Source: Polaromonas sp.
Lineage (GTDB): Bacteria; Pseudomonadota; Gammaproteobacteria; Burkholderiales; Burkholderiaceae_C
Direction: 5' to 3'
DNA length: 25,281 bases
Assembly: GCA_043764955.1 (NCBI GenBank)
Contig: JAYUJX010000355.1
Coordinates: 1-25,281, forward strand
This document shows positions 1 to 6,423 of this stretch, one piece after another (the first letter of the stretch is position 1; each line of letters begins with the position of its first letter). Position numbers and translations under genes: made by a program. The notes beneath the pieces were generated by a model. It made no database searches. It was not told where the DNA came from and saw nothing but the letters and a program-made list of their open reading frames with translations.

Positions 1-516
1 AACTTATTTGGCGGCTCTGGCACACCGGCAGGGGCAAGAGTTGCTTTGGGCGCAAGCACAGTCGGAGATGCTGTTTTTACTGCAGCATCCGCTGCAGCAC
101 TAAAACTACTTGACGCCGCCCGACCATCGTTCTCAGCATACCAGTCGGTTGCGCAATCAATACCAATCAATGTTTTTACGAAGTTGCAATTTCAAACGGA
201 AGAACATAATTTAAGTTCGGCTTTTGTGAATAATCGGTTTACACCTCAAGTGTCGGGTGAATATCAGATTAGTGCTGGTGTTGGTTTTGGCTCTGCACTA
301 ACTCAAGTAGTTTGTGCCATTTTTAAAAACGGTGCAGAGTATCGACGTGGTGCATCGGGACCTACAATTGGGGCAAACGCCAATCCACTTGTTTATTTAA
401 ATGGCACCACAGATTATTTAGAAGTATTTGTTTTCCAATCCTCTGGCTCTAGTCAAAACACACGTGCTCTTATTGCTGAAACGTATTTTTCTGGTGTTCT
501 GGTTAAAGCAAGATAA
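1..516 (+). CDS. Tail fibre / receptor-binding protein, C-terminal part with C1q/TNF-like domain (5' partial)
   Basis: Frame 1 is open from base 1 (NLFGGSGTPAGARVALGASTVGDAVFTAASAAA, a fibre-type ARxALG motif). It then has FSAY...FTKLQF.TEEHN...F...RFTPQVSGEYQISAGV...IFKNG...LVYLNGTTDYLEVFV...TYFSGVLV, the beta-sandwich pattern of C1q-like domains. It lies directly upstream of the lysis cassette. Confidence 0.75.
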   Translation, partial: NLFGGSGTPAGARVALGASTVGDAVFTAASAAALKLLDAARPSFSAYQSVAQSIPINVFTKLQFQTEEHNLSSAFVNNRFTPQVSGEYQISAGVGFGSALTQVVCAIFKNGAEYRRGASGPTIGANANPLVYLNGTTDYLEVFVFQSSGSSQNTRALIAETYFSGVLVKAR

Positions 517-543
517 GTTTTTGTAAAAAAAAGAAAGTGACAC

Positions 544-762
544 ATGAACGAAACAATCGCAATAAAAAGCAGCTCGGCAACTACTTGGTTTGGAGCGCTG
601 TTTGCAGTATTCCAAGGGATGGACAACAACGACATTGCAATGTGGGCGGGTATCGCCATTGCTTTTTTCGGCATGATGATTAATGCCGTTGTAAATTGGT
701 ATTTCAAACGCAAAGATTACAGGCTGGCTTTGAAGATTGCTGGTTTGAAGGATGATGAATGA
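544..762 (+). CDS. Class II holin (phage 21 S / HP1-like, probable pinholin)
   Basis: 72 aa, two hydrophobic segments followed by NWYFKRKDYRLA, like the NLYFKIREDRR tail of S21. Its stop overlaps the endolysin start (ATGA at 759-762). Confidence 0.85.
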   Translation: MNETIAIKSSSATTWFGALFAVFQGMDNNDIAMWAGIAIAFFGMMINAVVNWYFKRKDYRLALKIAGLKDDE

Positions 763-1217
763 ATTTGTCCGTTAATCCAAAAGTCGCCAGCGCCTTAGTC
801 CTAGCCGTTGCCGCCATTGCCGCCTACGGTGTGAAACTTGGTTTTTACGATGGCATCAGCATCGTCGAATACCAAGCGCAATGCAACAAACTGCACGCCA
901 TGCACGACCTGCTGATTGGTGCGGTTGACCCGCGCTACGGCTTTGCAGACGGTGAAGCCCGCCGCACAGCCGAACAAGCCGCGCTGAACGCGCACAAAGG
1001 CGTGGGCATTGCCAACAGCCTGCACGTCAACGGCCTAGCCCGAGACAAGTTTTTGACCATCAACCACAAGGTGACGTGGGACGCTTCAAAGTATTTGCAG
1101 GCAGGCGTGCTGTGGGAAGAGTTGGGTAAGGGCTACAACGTCCCGACCGCATGGGGTGGGCGGTTTAGGTCTGTGGATGCGGTGCATTTTTCGTGTGCCT
1201 GGAAGGGTATTAAATAA
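759..1217 (+). CDS. Endolysin, peptidase M15 family (L-Ala-D-Glu type) with N-terminal SAR-like hydrophobic segment
   Basis: Zn-ligand motifs SLHVNGLARD (SxHxxxxAxD) and WGGRF..VDAVHFS (DxxH), plus EARRT.EQA.LNA.KG.GI.NS. N-terminus is KVASALVLAVAAIAAYGV. Second gene of the lysis cassette. Confidence 0.9.
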   Translation: MNLSVNPKVASALVLAVAAIAAYGVKLGFYDGISIVEYQAQCNKLHAMHDLLIGAVDPRYGFADGEARRTAEQAALNAHKGVGIANSLHVNGLARDKFLTINHKVTWDASKYLQAGVLWEELGKGYNVPTAWGGRFRSVDAVHFSCAWKGIK

Positions 1218-1239
1218 AGTATTTATTCAAGGAGATTTT

Positions 1240-1323
1240 ATGCATTTGATTGCAATTTTAATTTCAATTGTCGGTGTGATTTCATCGGTTTTGTTATTTG
1301 CGCTTGCTGCGCAGAAAGGTTGA
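1240..1323 (+). CDS. 27-aa single-pass membrane peptide (absent from ORF track)
   Basis: AAGGAG at 1229-1234, ATG at 1240, MHLIAILISIVGVISSVLLFALAAQKG, TGA at 1321-1323, one base before the Rz ATG at 1325. Confidence 0.7.
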   Translation: MHLIAILISIVGVISSVLLFALAAQKG

Positions 1324-1324
1324 T

Positions 1325-1900
1325 ATGCCCTTATTTTTAGGCCCTATAGCTGCTTGGTTTGTCGCCAAGAAAACTGCAACCCTTGCCCTTGGGTGGGTCA
1401 AATTGGCGTTGTATGGCTTGGTTGTGGCCGTTGTCGTTGGCAGCTACGTGTATGCCTATGTCAAAGGCCGCGACCATGGCAAAACTGCCATTGAGCTAAG
1501 CGTTGCCAAGCGCGAAAACGATGAGCTGAGACGTGCCAAAGACGAAGTTGATCGATTAACCAAAGAAACCAAAGGAGTGCAAAGCTATTATGAAGATATT
1601 GAAAAACAAATTGTTGCTGCTACTGGCCGCGCTAATTTTGCTGATGCAAGGCTGCGGCAGCGCACCGCTGAATATCAACAAGCCATCGACAGCGCCCCTG
1701 CCGACCGTCTCCGTAGTTATGCCAGCGGAACCACAGACATTTATCAAACGTGTCGAGACGAATATCGACGCTTGGGATACGATGCTGCAGCGGCTGCAAA
1801 CGCAGCTCACACGCTGAAAAAATCCAACGACTTGCTAAGCCAGCGAAACATTGGCATTTTTCCGCCTGTTGCACCAATTCCCCCCCTGTCACCTCAGTAA
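1325..1900 (+). CDS. Rz: Inner-membrane spanin (Rz-like); start corrected from 1298 to ATG 1325
   Basis: N-terminal TM (LALYGLVVAVVVGSYVYAYV) followed by a helical/coiled-coil periplasmic region. It follows the endolysin and fully contains a lipoprotein gene in another frame. Confidence 0.85.
   Translation: MPLFLGPIAAWFVAKKTATLALGWVKLALYGLVVAVVVGSYVYAYVKGRDHGKTAIELSVAKRENDELRRAKDEVDRLTKETKGVQSYYEDIEKQIVAATGRANFADARLRQRTAEYQQAIDSAPADRLRSYASGTTDIYQTCRDEYRRLGYDAAAAANAAHTLKKSNDLLSQRNIGIFPPVAPIPPLSPQ
1590..1817 (+). CDS. Rz1: Outer-membrane spanin lipoprotein (Rz1-like), embedded in Rz
   Basis: SD AAAGGAG at 1571-1577. Signal peptide MKILKNKLLLLLAALILLMQG-C, no Asp at +2, Pro-rich mature part. 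The embedded arrangement matches lambda Rz/Rz1. Confidence 0.88.
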   Translation: MKILKNKLLLLLAALILLMQGCGSAPLNINKPSTAPLPTVSVVMPAEPQTFIKRVETNIDAWDTMLQRLQTQLTR

Positions 1901-1924
1901 TCACCTCAGTAATCACGTCAGTAA
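1889..1924 (+). repeat. 3 x 12-bp tandem repeat TCACCTCAGTAA (third copy TCACGTCAGTAA)
   Basis: Copies at 1889-1900, 1901-1912 and 1913-1924. The first copy contains the Rz stop codon. Confidence 0.95.
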
Positions 1925-1942
1925 ATTTTAAAGGAGCTACCC

Positions 1943-2380
1943 ATGAAACGATTTTTAATGTTATTTACAGCCATTTTGATGGCTATGTTTGCCACCGGCT
2001 GCGCTACGTCGCAAGTTGAAATGACGCACCAAGCAACCATGTATGACAAGCAAATTGCAGCCACACAAAAAGCCACGCCAACACCTATATTTCAAATGGT
2101 CGCCCAGCCGGGTCAAACCATCGAGCTAAAAGGTGTAGAGCGCTTTAGTATTTACAACCCGTCCGATGCAACCGGCAAAGTGCCAGCTTTCAAAGCGCCA
2201 CAAAACGAAGGCCTGCGAATTGCTGAAAAGCTGATCGATGGCACGGTCAATGTGATTCTTGGCCGTTTTGGTTTGTCAAATTCGCTGGCCGACAAAGGAC
2301 GTGGCGCTGCTTCCGATGATTTGCTGAAGCACTTAGACACGTCGATGACGATTGCAAATCCGTTTACAACGGCCCCCTGA
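1943..2380 (+). CDS. Predicted outer-membrane lipoprotein of unknown function
   Basis: AAGGAG SD upstream, signal MKRFLMLFTAILMAMFATG-C, Ala at +2. Last gene before the terminator. Confidence 0.8.
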   Translation: MKRFLMLFTAILMAMFATGCATSQVEMTHQATMYDKQIAATQKATPTPIFQMVAQPGQTIELKGVERFSIYNPSDATGKVPAFKAPQNEGLRIAEKLIDGTVNVILGRFGLSNSLADKGRGAASDDLLKHLDTSMTIANPFTTAP

Positions 2381-2470
2381 ATTGCGTGCCGCAGGTTGCT
2401 TTTTTATGGATATGTGACCGGCGGTAAAGTGCAGCCGCGCGTGGCTGGCGATGAAGCGCGACGTGAGATT

Positions 2471-2501
2471 CCCCTTTGGCCTTCGGGCTGAGGGGGTTTT
2501 T
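2471..2501 (+). terminator. Intrinsic terminator ending the late/lysis transcript
   Basis: CCCCTTTGGCC-TTCG-GGCTGAGGGGG: 11-bp stem with G-U pairs and a cUUCGg tetraloop, followed by TTTTT. Confidence 0.9.
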
Positions 2502-2552
2502 GCGTTTAGGGGTGCATTAGGGAGAATACTTAAAAAATAAATTTAAAACAAT

Positions 2553-2581
2553 TTGCAATCGGTACAAATTACCTATACAAT
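2553..2581 (+). promoter_or_regulatory. Sigma70-type promoter for the 2644-3271 two-gene unit, with overlapping inverted repeat
   Basis: TTGCAA (2553-2558), 17 bp, TACAAT (2576-2581), with an AT-rich upstream tract. Inverted repeat AATTTG-N9-CAAATT (2550-2570) covers the -35. Confidence 0.85.
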
Positions 2582-2589
2582 CACGTCAT

Positions 2590-2636
2590 GGTAGCAAAAT
2601 CGCTACCTACCGCGCCTCGGGGTACAGGGGCAGGAG
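2590..2636 (+). promoter_or_regulatory. Structured 5' leader: two hairpins then SD
   Basis: GGTAGC-AAAATC-GCTACC (2590-2607), GCCTCGG-GGTA-CAGGGGC (2614-2631, one mismatch and one G-U), then AGGAG (2632-2636). Confidence 0.65.
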
Positions 2637-2643
2637 ATGTAAA

Positions 2644-3051
2644 ATGACTACAGCTACAAGATCGATTGCCGTATCTTTTATCAAAGACGGCCACAGCACC
2701 GCACCGCGTCTACTCGTAAAGCGCAATGACCAGCAAGCGGGCATGCTTACACACAATGAGTCTGGCTGGGTTTTTAACTTGGCGGGTGCACCGCAAGCCA
2801 ATGGGAGTGCCAAATTTCATGGGTGTTTGATTAATATTTTTGCTTATTCAAAAAGCGATATTAAGGTATGGGCTCAATTGGAAAAGGCGTGTTTTATAAA
2901 GCTAAACGATGCGTTGCAAGCACTGATACAAGCGGAGCCACGCGCTGCAAAACGCGATACGCAAAGCGAAGCGAATTATCTGCTGCAACGCTTCCCAGCA
3001 GCGGTTTCTGAAGGCTTAGTCAAAGTCCGCAAATCAGCTAGCTTGATTTGA
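2644..3051 (+). CDS. Hypothetical protein (135 aa), candidate anti-defence/moron gene
   Basis: Strong promoter and AGGAG SD. No motif recognised. Its stop is 1 nt before the HTH gene start. Confidence 0.8.
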   Translation: MTTATRSIAVSFIKDGHSTAPRLLVKRNDQQAGMLTHNESGWVFNLAGAPQANGSAKFHGCLINIFAYSKSDIKVWAQLEKACFIKLNDALQALIQAEPRAAKRDTQSEANYLLQRFPAAVSEGLVKVRKSASLI

Positions 3052-3052
3052 T

Positions 3053-3271
3053 ATGGACAACCACCCAAATCGCAAGCCCAAGGGGGCTTTCCCGACCGCC
3101 GAAGAAATCAAAGCACTCAGAGCCGCGCACAACCTGACGCAGAGACAAGCTGGTGCGCTGGTGCATTGCCAAGATCGCATGTGGCGGCTCTACGAAGCTG
3201 GCGACCGCAGAATGCCGCCAGCAGCGTGGGAGCTTTTTAATATCAAGATTAGGTTGGGGAATTTTGACTAA
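3053..3271 (+). CDS. Small XRE/Cro-C1 HTH regulator, Aca-like
   Basis: PTAEEIKALRAAHNLTQRQAGALVHCQDRMWRLYEAGDRRMPPAAWELF is a stand-alone HTH with no peptidase domain. Confidence 0.88.
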   Translation: MDNHPNRKPKGAFPTAEEIKALRAAHNLTQRQAGALVHCQDRMWRLYEAGDRRMPPAAWELFNIKIRLGNFD

Positions 3272-3303
3272 AACAGGGTGGTGGGCTGAGATGCGCGGCG
3301 GCT

Positions 3304-4041
3304 TCAGCGACGGTTAGCACGATATGGCTTCACTTTTTTGACTTCCAACCTGGCCGCCTCAATAACATCACGCGCACGTTTCCCTGCGTCGTTTTGAATT
3401 AGCGATGGTTCTGGGTCGTACTGAGCAGCGAATCCTTGGCTTGGTGATTTATAGTTGGATGGCTCTGCGTAAAAGTGCAGCGCATCATTGCAAATAGCAA
3501 TAGCTTCTTCTAATGCCTCGGTTTGGTCTTTGCTAAGTACTTGTGCCTCAATCTTTTTGCAATAGATGCATGTTTGATGCATGCTTTCTATGGTTTGCAC
3601 CCATTCATGCACACACTCTAAATCTGGCCAAACCAAGGGCGGCTCTGTCCTGCGGGGTGGCTTGACTTTTAGTTTGTAGCTGTAAAGTCCTGTTGAATTA
3701 AAGTCAAGAGTTTTCCACTCACTCATATTTGTAGAGCCAAGCCACCACTGAACCGTATCACCAAGTTCAGCCTGCAACAACTTCGCAGCTTCTGGAGTCA
3801 TTGTTTTAAGTTCACCAGTGTCGTCGTTACGTACTTGGCAGTTTGGCTCTACTGGCTCAGGTTCATTGATGGCGCGGTAATACGCATCTTTATGGTATGT
3901 GCATGTTTTTTCATTACAGATATTCCAAGGGCTCAAATCATAGGGATGCTTCCATTTCCACTCGGCCTTACCCACTCCCAGCTTCCGCGCTTTCTCTGCT
4001 GTGATTAGGGGGTGCTCAATTGTGATATGTAGTGTTTGCAT
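3304..4041 (-). CDS. Hypothetical mosaic phage protein (245 aa) with small CxHxW...CxxC motif
   Basis: GGAG SD upstream on the minus strand. Contains CVHEW...CIYC. The C-terminal EALE..L.FYA.P.NY...DAGKRAR segment is of a type seen in phage hypotheticals. Confidence 0.75.
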   Translation of the reverse strand: MQTLHITIEHPLITAEKARKLGVGKAEWKWKHPYDLSPWNICNEKTCTYHKDAYYRAINEPEPVEPNCQVRNDDTGELKTMTPEAAKLLQAELGDTVQWWLGSTNMSEWKTLDFNSTGLYSYKLKVKPPRRTEPPLVWPDLECVHEWVQTIESMHQTCIYCKKIEAQVLSKDQTEALEEAIAICNDALHFYAEPSNYKSPSQGFAAQYDPEPSLIQNDAGKRARDVIEAARLEVKKVKPYRANRR

Positions 4042-4090
4042 TTAATTCTCCAATATTTTTTTCGTGAGTTGACTAGGGTTGTGTGGTGTG

Positions 4091-4375
4091 TCATTGTTGA
4101 GGTTTTTGAGTTTCAATAGTTGTGATCCCGTTGGTCGTTGTGATCTTGAAAATTACACCTTGCGCGCTTGCCATATGGCGCAAAGCAACGCCAGACCATT
4201 TGACGCCGTCTACATTCCAATTGTTCGTTAGCCAGTCGTATCCGCGTGATTTGCTCATCTGCCAATAAAATGTATTTAGCGGGTAAAGAATTGCCCTAAC
4301 AACAAGCGCCCAAAATGGCAAGATTTGACCTTCCGGCCAAGCGCGTGTGCATAGTTTCCAAATATATTTTTTCAT
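4091..4375 (-). CDS. Hypothetical protein (94 aa)
   Basis: AAGGA SD upstream (TCCTT at 4383-4387 on +). Fits the leftward operon tiling. Confidence 0.7.
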   Translation of the reverse strand: MKKYIWKLCTRAWPEGQILPFWALVVRAILYPLNTFYWQMSKSRGYDWLTNNWNVDGVKWSGVALRHMASAQGVIFKITTTNGITTIETQKPQQ

Positions 4376-4414
4376 TTTTCCATCCTTTTAAATTACTATA
4401 AATTCAATAGCTAC

Positions 4415-4636
4415 TTACGCATTAAATACGACGGCTCTGTGCTTATTTAGGCGGTCTTTTACGGATTGTGGGATAGTCGGCTTGTACCCCCATGCTAGTG
4501 CGCCTGTGTACCAAGTGCCAATGATTAAAACGCCACCCTCATTGAGCAGCAGCAGGCTTTTGCCTTTTGGCGGCGGGTGTATCTCTGGGTCGAATAGTTC
4601 CCATTTTTTGTTGGTGGGGTGTTTGGGGTCGCTCAT
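4415..4636 (-). CDS. Hypothetical protein (73 aa), loosely DUF551-like
   Basis: W...PP....L.....G....G.W......W...P pattern. ATGA overlap with the upstream gene at 4633-4636. Confidence 0.7.
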   Translation of the reverse strand: MSDPKHPTNKKWELFDPEIHPPPKGKSLLLLNEGGVLIIGTWYTGALAWGYKPTIPQSVKDRLNKHRAVVFNA

Positions 4637-5091
4637 GCTGCCACCGCGTCTTGCATGGCGGCTTTGCGCTCTTTGGCTTTGAGTTGGGTTTGAATCTCAA
4701 AAGCGTGGTTGATAGCTGATTTGATGGTGCGCTCTGGTAGCTGTTCGCAGCAGATGGTGTAGTCTTGCATGAGCGCGGCCACGGCTAGGATGCCTTTGCC
4801 GTCTAGCCGTATGGCTTTTCCTTGGCCAGCGCGGGTGCTGGATTTGGCTAAAGCATGGACCGCATCGGTGATTAAGTTGTCGTCATCGTAGATTTTGCGT
4901 TGCTTCTTTAGTGCGTCCATGACGCCCACCATGTCGGCCAGAGCTATCCAGTCATTCAATTTCGGGGCAGCGCCCGTGCGTATGCTTTGCAGCGCAGCGT
5001 CTATTTGAAAAATACTGCCAAGGTAGGTGTCGGGGTGCATGGGTCGCTTTGGGCTGCATGCGTTGATGTGGGCTCGGGTGTAGGGAATCAT
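4633..5091 (-). CDS. Hypothetical protein (152 aa); start corrected to ATG 5091
   Basis: MIPYTRAH... begins at an ATGA overlap (5088-5091) with the stop of the upstream gene. Confidence 0.75.
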   Translation of the reverse strand: MIPYTRAHINACSPKRPMHPDTYLGSIFQIDAALQSIRTGAAPKLNDWIALADMVGVMDALKKQRKIYDDDNLITDAVHALAKSSTRAGQGKAIRLDGKGILAVAALMQDYTICCEQLPERTIKSAINHAFEIQTQLKAKERKAAMQDAVAA

Positions 5092-5450
5092 TTCGCTTTG
5101 CCTTTGCCTTTGCTGATAACGTCTACCCATGTGGTGCGTGTGACGACGGGTTTGGTGTCGTTGGTTGTGCTTGGGTTGTTTTGCAGCTGTGGTGTAGGCG
5201 GGGTGCTGTTCTTGACAATGTTTGGTGTTTCCAAAAACGGCGAATGGTCTTGTTTGGTGACTTCTAGGTAGTCAATCTCAACTTTGGCGCTGTTGATCAT
5301 GGTTTGCCCCAACTCACTGATGGCTCTGGAGCGCTTGAGCTCAGCCTCAACAGCGTCAGGCGCTGCGCTGCGTAGAGCTTTCATTTGCTCTAGCATGATG
5401 ATGCGTATGTCTGAGATGTGGGGTGTGGTGGTTGTAACTTCTGTGGTCAT
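5088..5450 (-). CDS. Helical hypothetical protein commonly paired with the upstream HNH-like gene; start corrected to 5450
   Basis: MTTEV...LEQMKAL...ELKRSRAISELGQTMINSAKVEIDYL. ATGA overlap at 5447-5450. Confidence 0.75.
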   Translation of the reverse strand: MTTEVTTTTPHISDIRIIMLEQMKALRSAAPDAVEAELKRSRAISELGQTMINSAKVEIDYLEVTKQDHSPFLETPNIVKNSTPPTPQLQNNPSTTNDTKPVVTRTTWVDVISKGKGKAK

Positions 5451-6142
5451 GCTGCTACTCCTTGGTTTCTCATATCGTTTTGAAATTTGGTAATGCTGTT
5501 GATCGCGCGGTTTAGGCGGCCACGCTGTTGGATGGTTTGCACCATTTCGGGGGGGAGGCGGTGCAGGGTGGTTCGCTGCATGTGTTCGCGGCGGGTGATT
5601 AGCTCTAAGTTGCCGACTTTGCAGTTTTCTTTGTCTAGGTCGCGGTACCAGAACACTTCTTTGCTGTCTGTCCAGTGGCCGGTGTCTAAAAACCAGTTGT
5701 AGCGGGCGAGTAAAAACCATTGGTTGTGTCCGTCAGCTAGTTTGATGTCAACATAGCCTAGGGAATTGATGCGCAGTGCGCCCACGTCGCGGTGGTTGTG
5801 CGGGCGGTTGCCTTTGCCAAACTGGGTTGCGGCGCTGTTGGCGTTGTATTTGGCGGGTTTGCCTTTGTTGGCAGGCACGTTGCCCTTTTTGAACCAATGC
5901 GCCTTGCCGCCATGCAGTGGGCGCTGCATGCGGCTCAATGCTTCGCTGGCTAGGAAAATGGCAGATTTGTACAGATCCATGTGACACGCTTTGGCATAAA
6001 CCTTGCCTAAGCTGCGGCCTAGGTGGTCAGCTATGGTTTGGCTGGCCGTGTCGGGGTAATGCTGGCGTAGGTAGGCTTCTTCGTCAGCAGTCCAAAGGAC
6101 GCGGGTGAATTTGCGTTTAGGGTTTAGTTTGGGTTTGGTCAT
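5447..6142 (-). CDS. HNH_3-like protein with N-terminal helical and FxKGNxP repeats; nuclease site looks degenerate; start corrected to 6142
   Basis: WTADEEAYLRQHYP...LGRS...VY.KA, FKKGNVPANKG and FGKGNRPHN, then YRDLDKENCKVGNLELITRREHM. ATGA overlap at 6139-6142. Confidence 0.75.
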   Translation of the reverse strand: MTKPKLNPKRKFTRVLWTADEEAYLRQHYPDTASQTIADHLGRSLGKVYAKACHMDLYKSAIFLASEALSRMQRPLHGGKAHWFKKGNVPANKGKPAKYNANSAATQFGKGNRPHNHRDVGALRINSLGYVDIKLADGHNQWFLLARYNWFLDTGHWTDSKEVFWYRDLDKENCKVGNLELITRREHMQRTTLHRLPPEMVQTIQQRGRLNRAINSITKFQNDMRNQGVAA

Positions 6143-6423
6143 GACTTTGTCTTTGCCCAGTTGTTTATCACTAGGCTTACACCGTAGGCAATGCCGCCAA
6201 ATGTGCATAAAAATGCAATCTGTAACCCTTCCGCTATATCATCTGAATCCAATTTTTCGCCTTTTATATACATGATCATAATGTGTGTGGCTATGACTAA
6301 AATTATTAGCGGGGTCATGAAGAAGAAGCCGAATCCAATGATCGGAAAGGCGGTAAATGCGATTCCAGCAATAACACCGCCCATTATTAGGAGTGTTTGT
6401 TTGAATATTGTTTGTAGCTTCAT
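6139..6423 (-). CDS. Small multi-pass membrane protein (94 aa, about 3 TM); start corrected to 6423
   Basis: MKLQTIFKQTLLIMGGVIAGIAFTAFPIIGFGFFFMTPLIILVIATHIMIMYI...IAFLCTFGGIAYGVSLVI. ATGA overlap with the ParB stop at 6420-6423. Visibly AT-richer than its neighbours. Confidence 0.78.
   Translation of the reverse strand: MKLQTIFKQTLLIMGGVIAGIAFTAFPIIGFGFFFMTPLIILVIATHIMIMYIKGEKLDSDDIAEGLQIAFLCTFGGIAYGVSLVINNWAKTKS

Noticed and set aside
1-516. Diversity-generating retroelement targeting the fibre tip
   Set aside because: No reverse transcriptase and no second near-identical copy of the C-terminal region seen in the window.
531-552. Dual-start (holin/antiholin) motif
   Set aside because: Only one Met at the N-terminus; the upstream GTG at 537 is out of frame.
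1889-1924. Mini-CRISPR array or RNA anti-CRISPR reading of the tandem repeat and of 2381-2470
   Set aside because: Repeats are 12 bp with no spacers, and I see no resemblance to type I-C, I-E or I-F repeat sequences. No cas genes.
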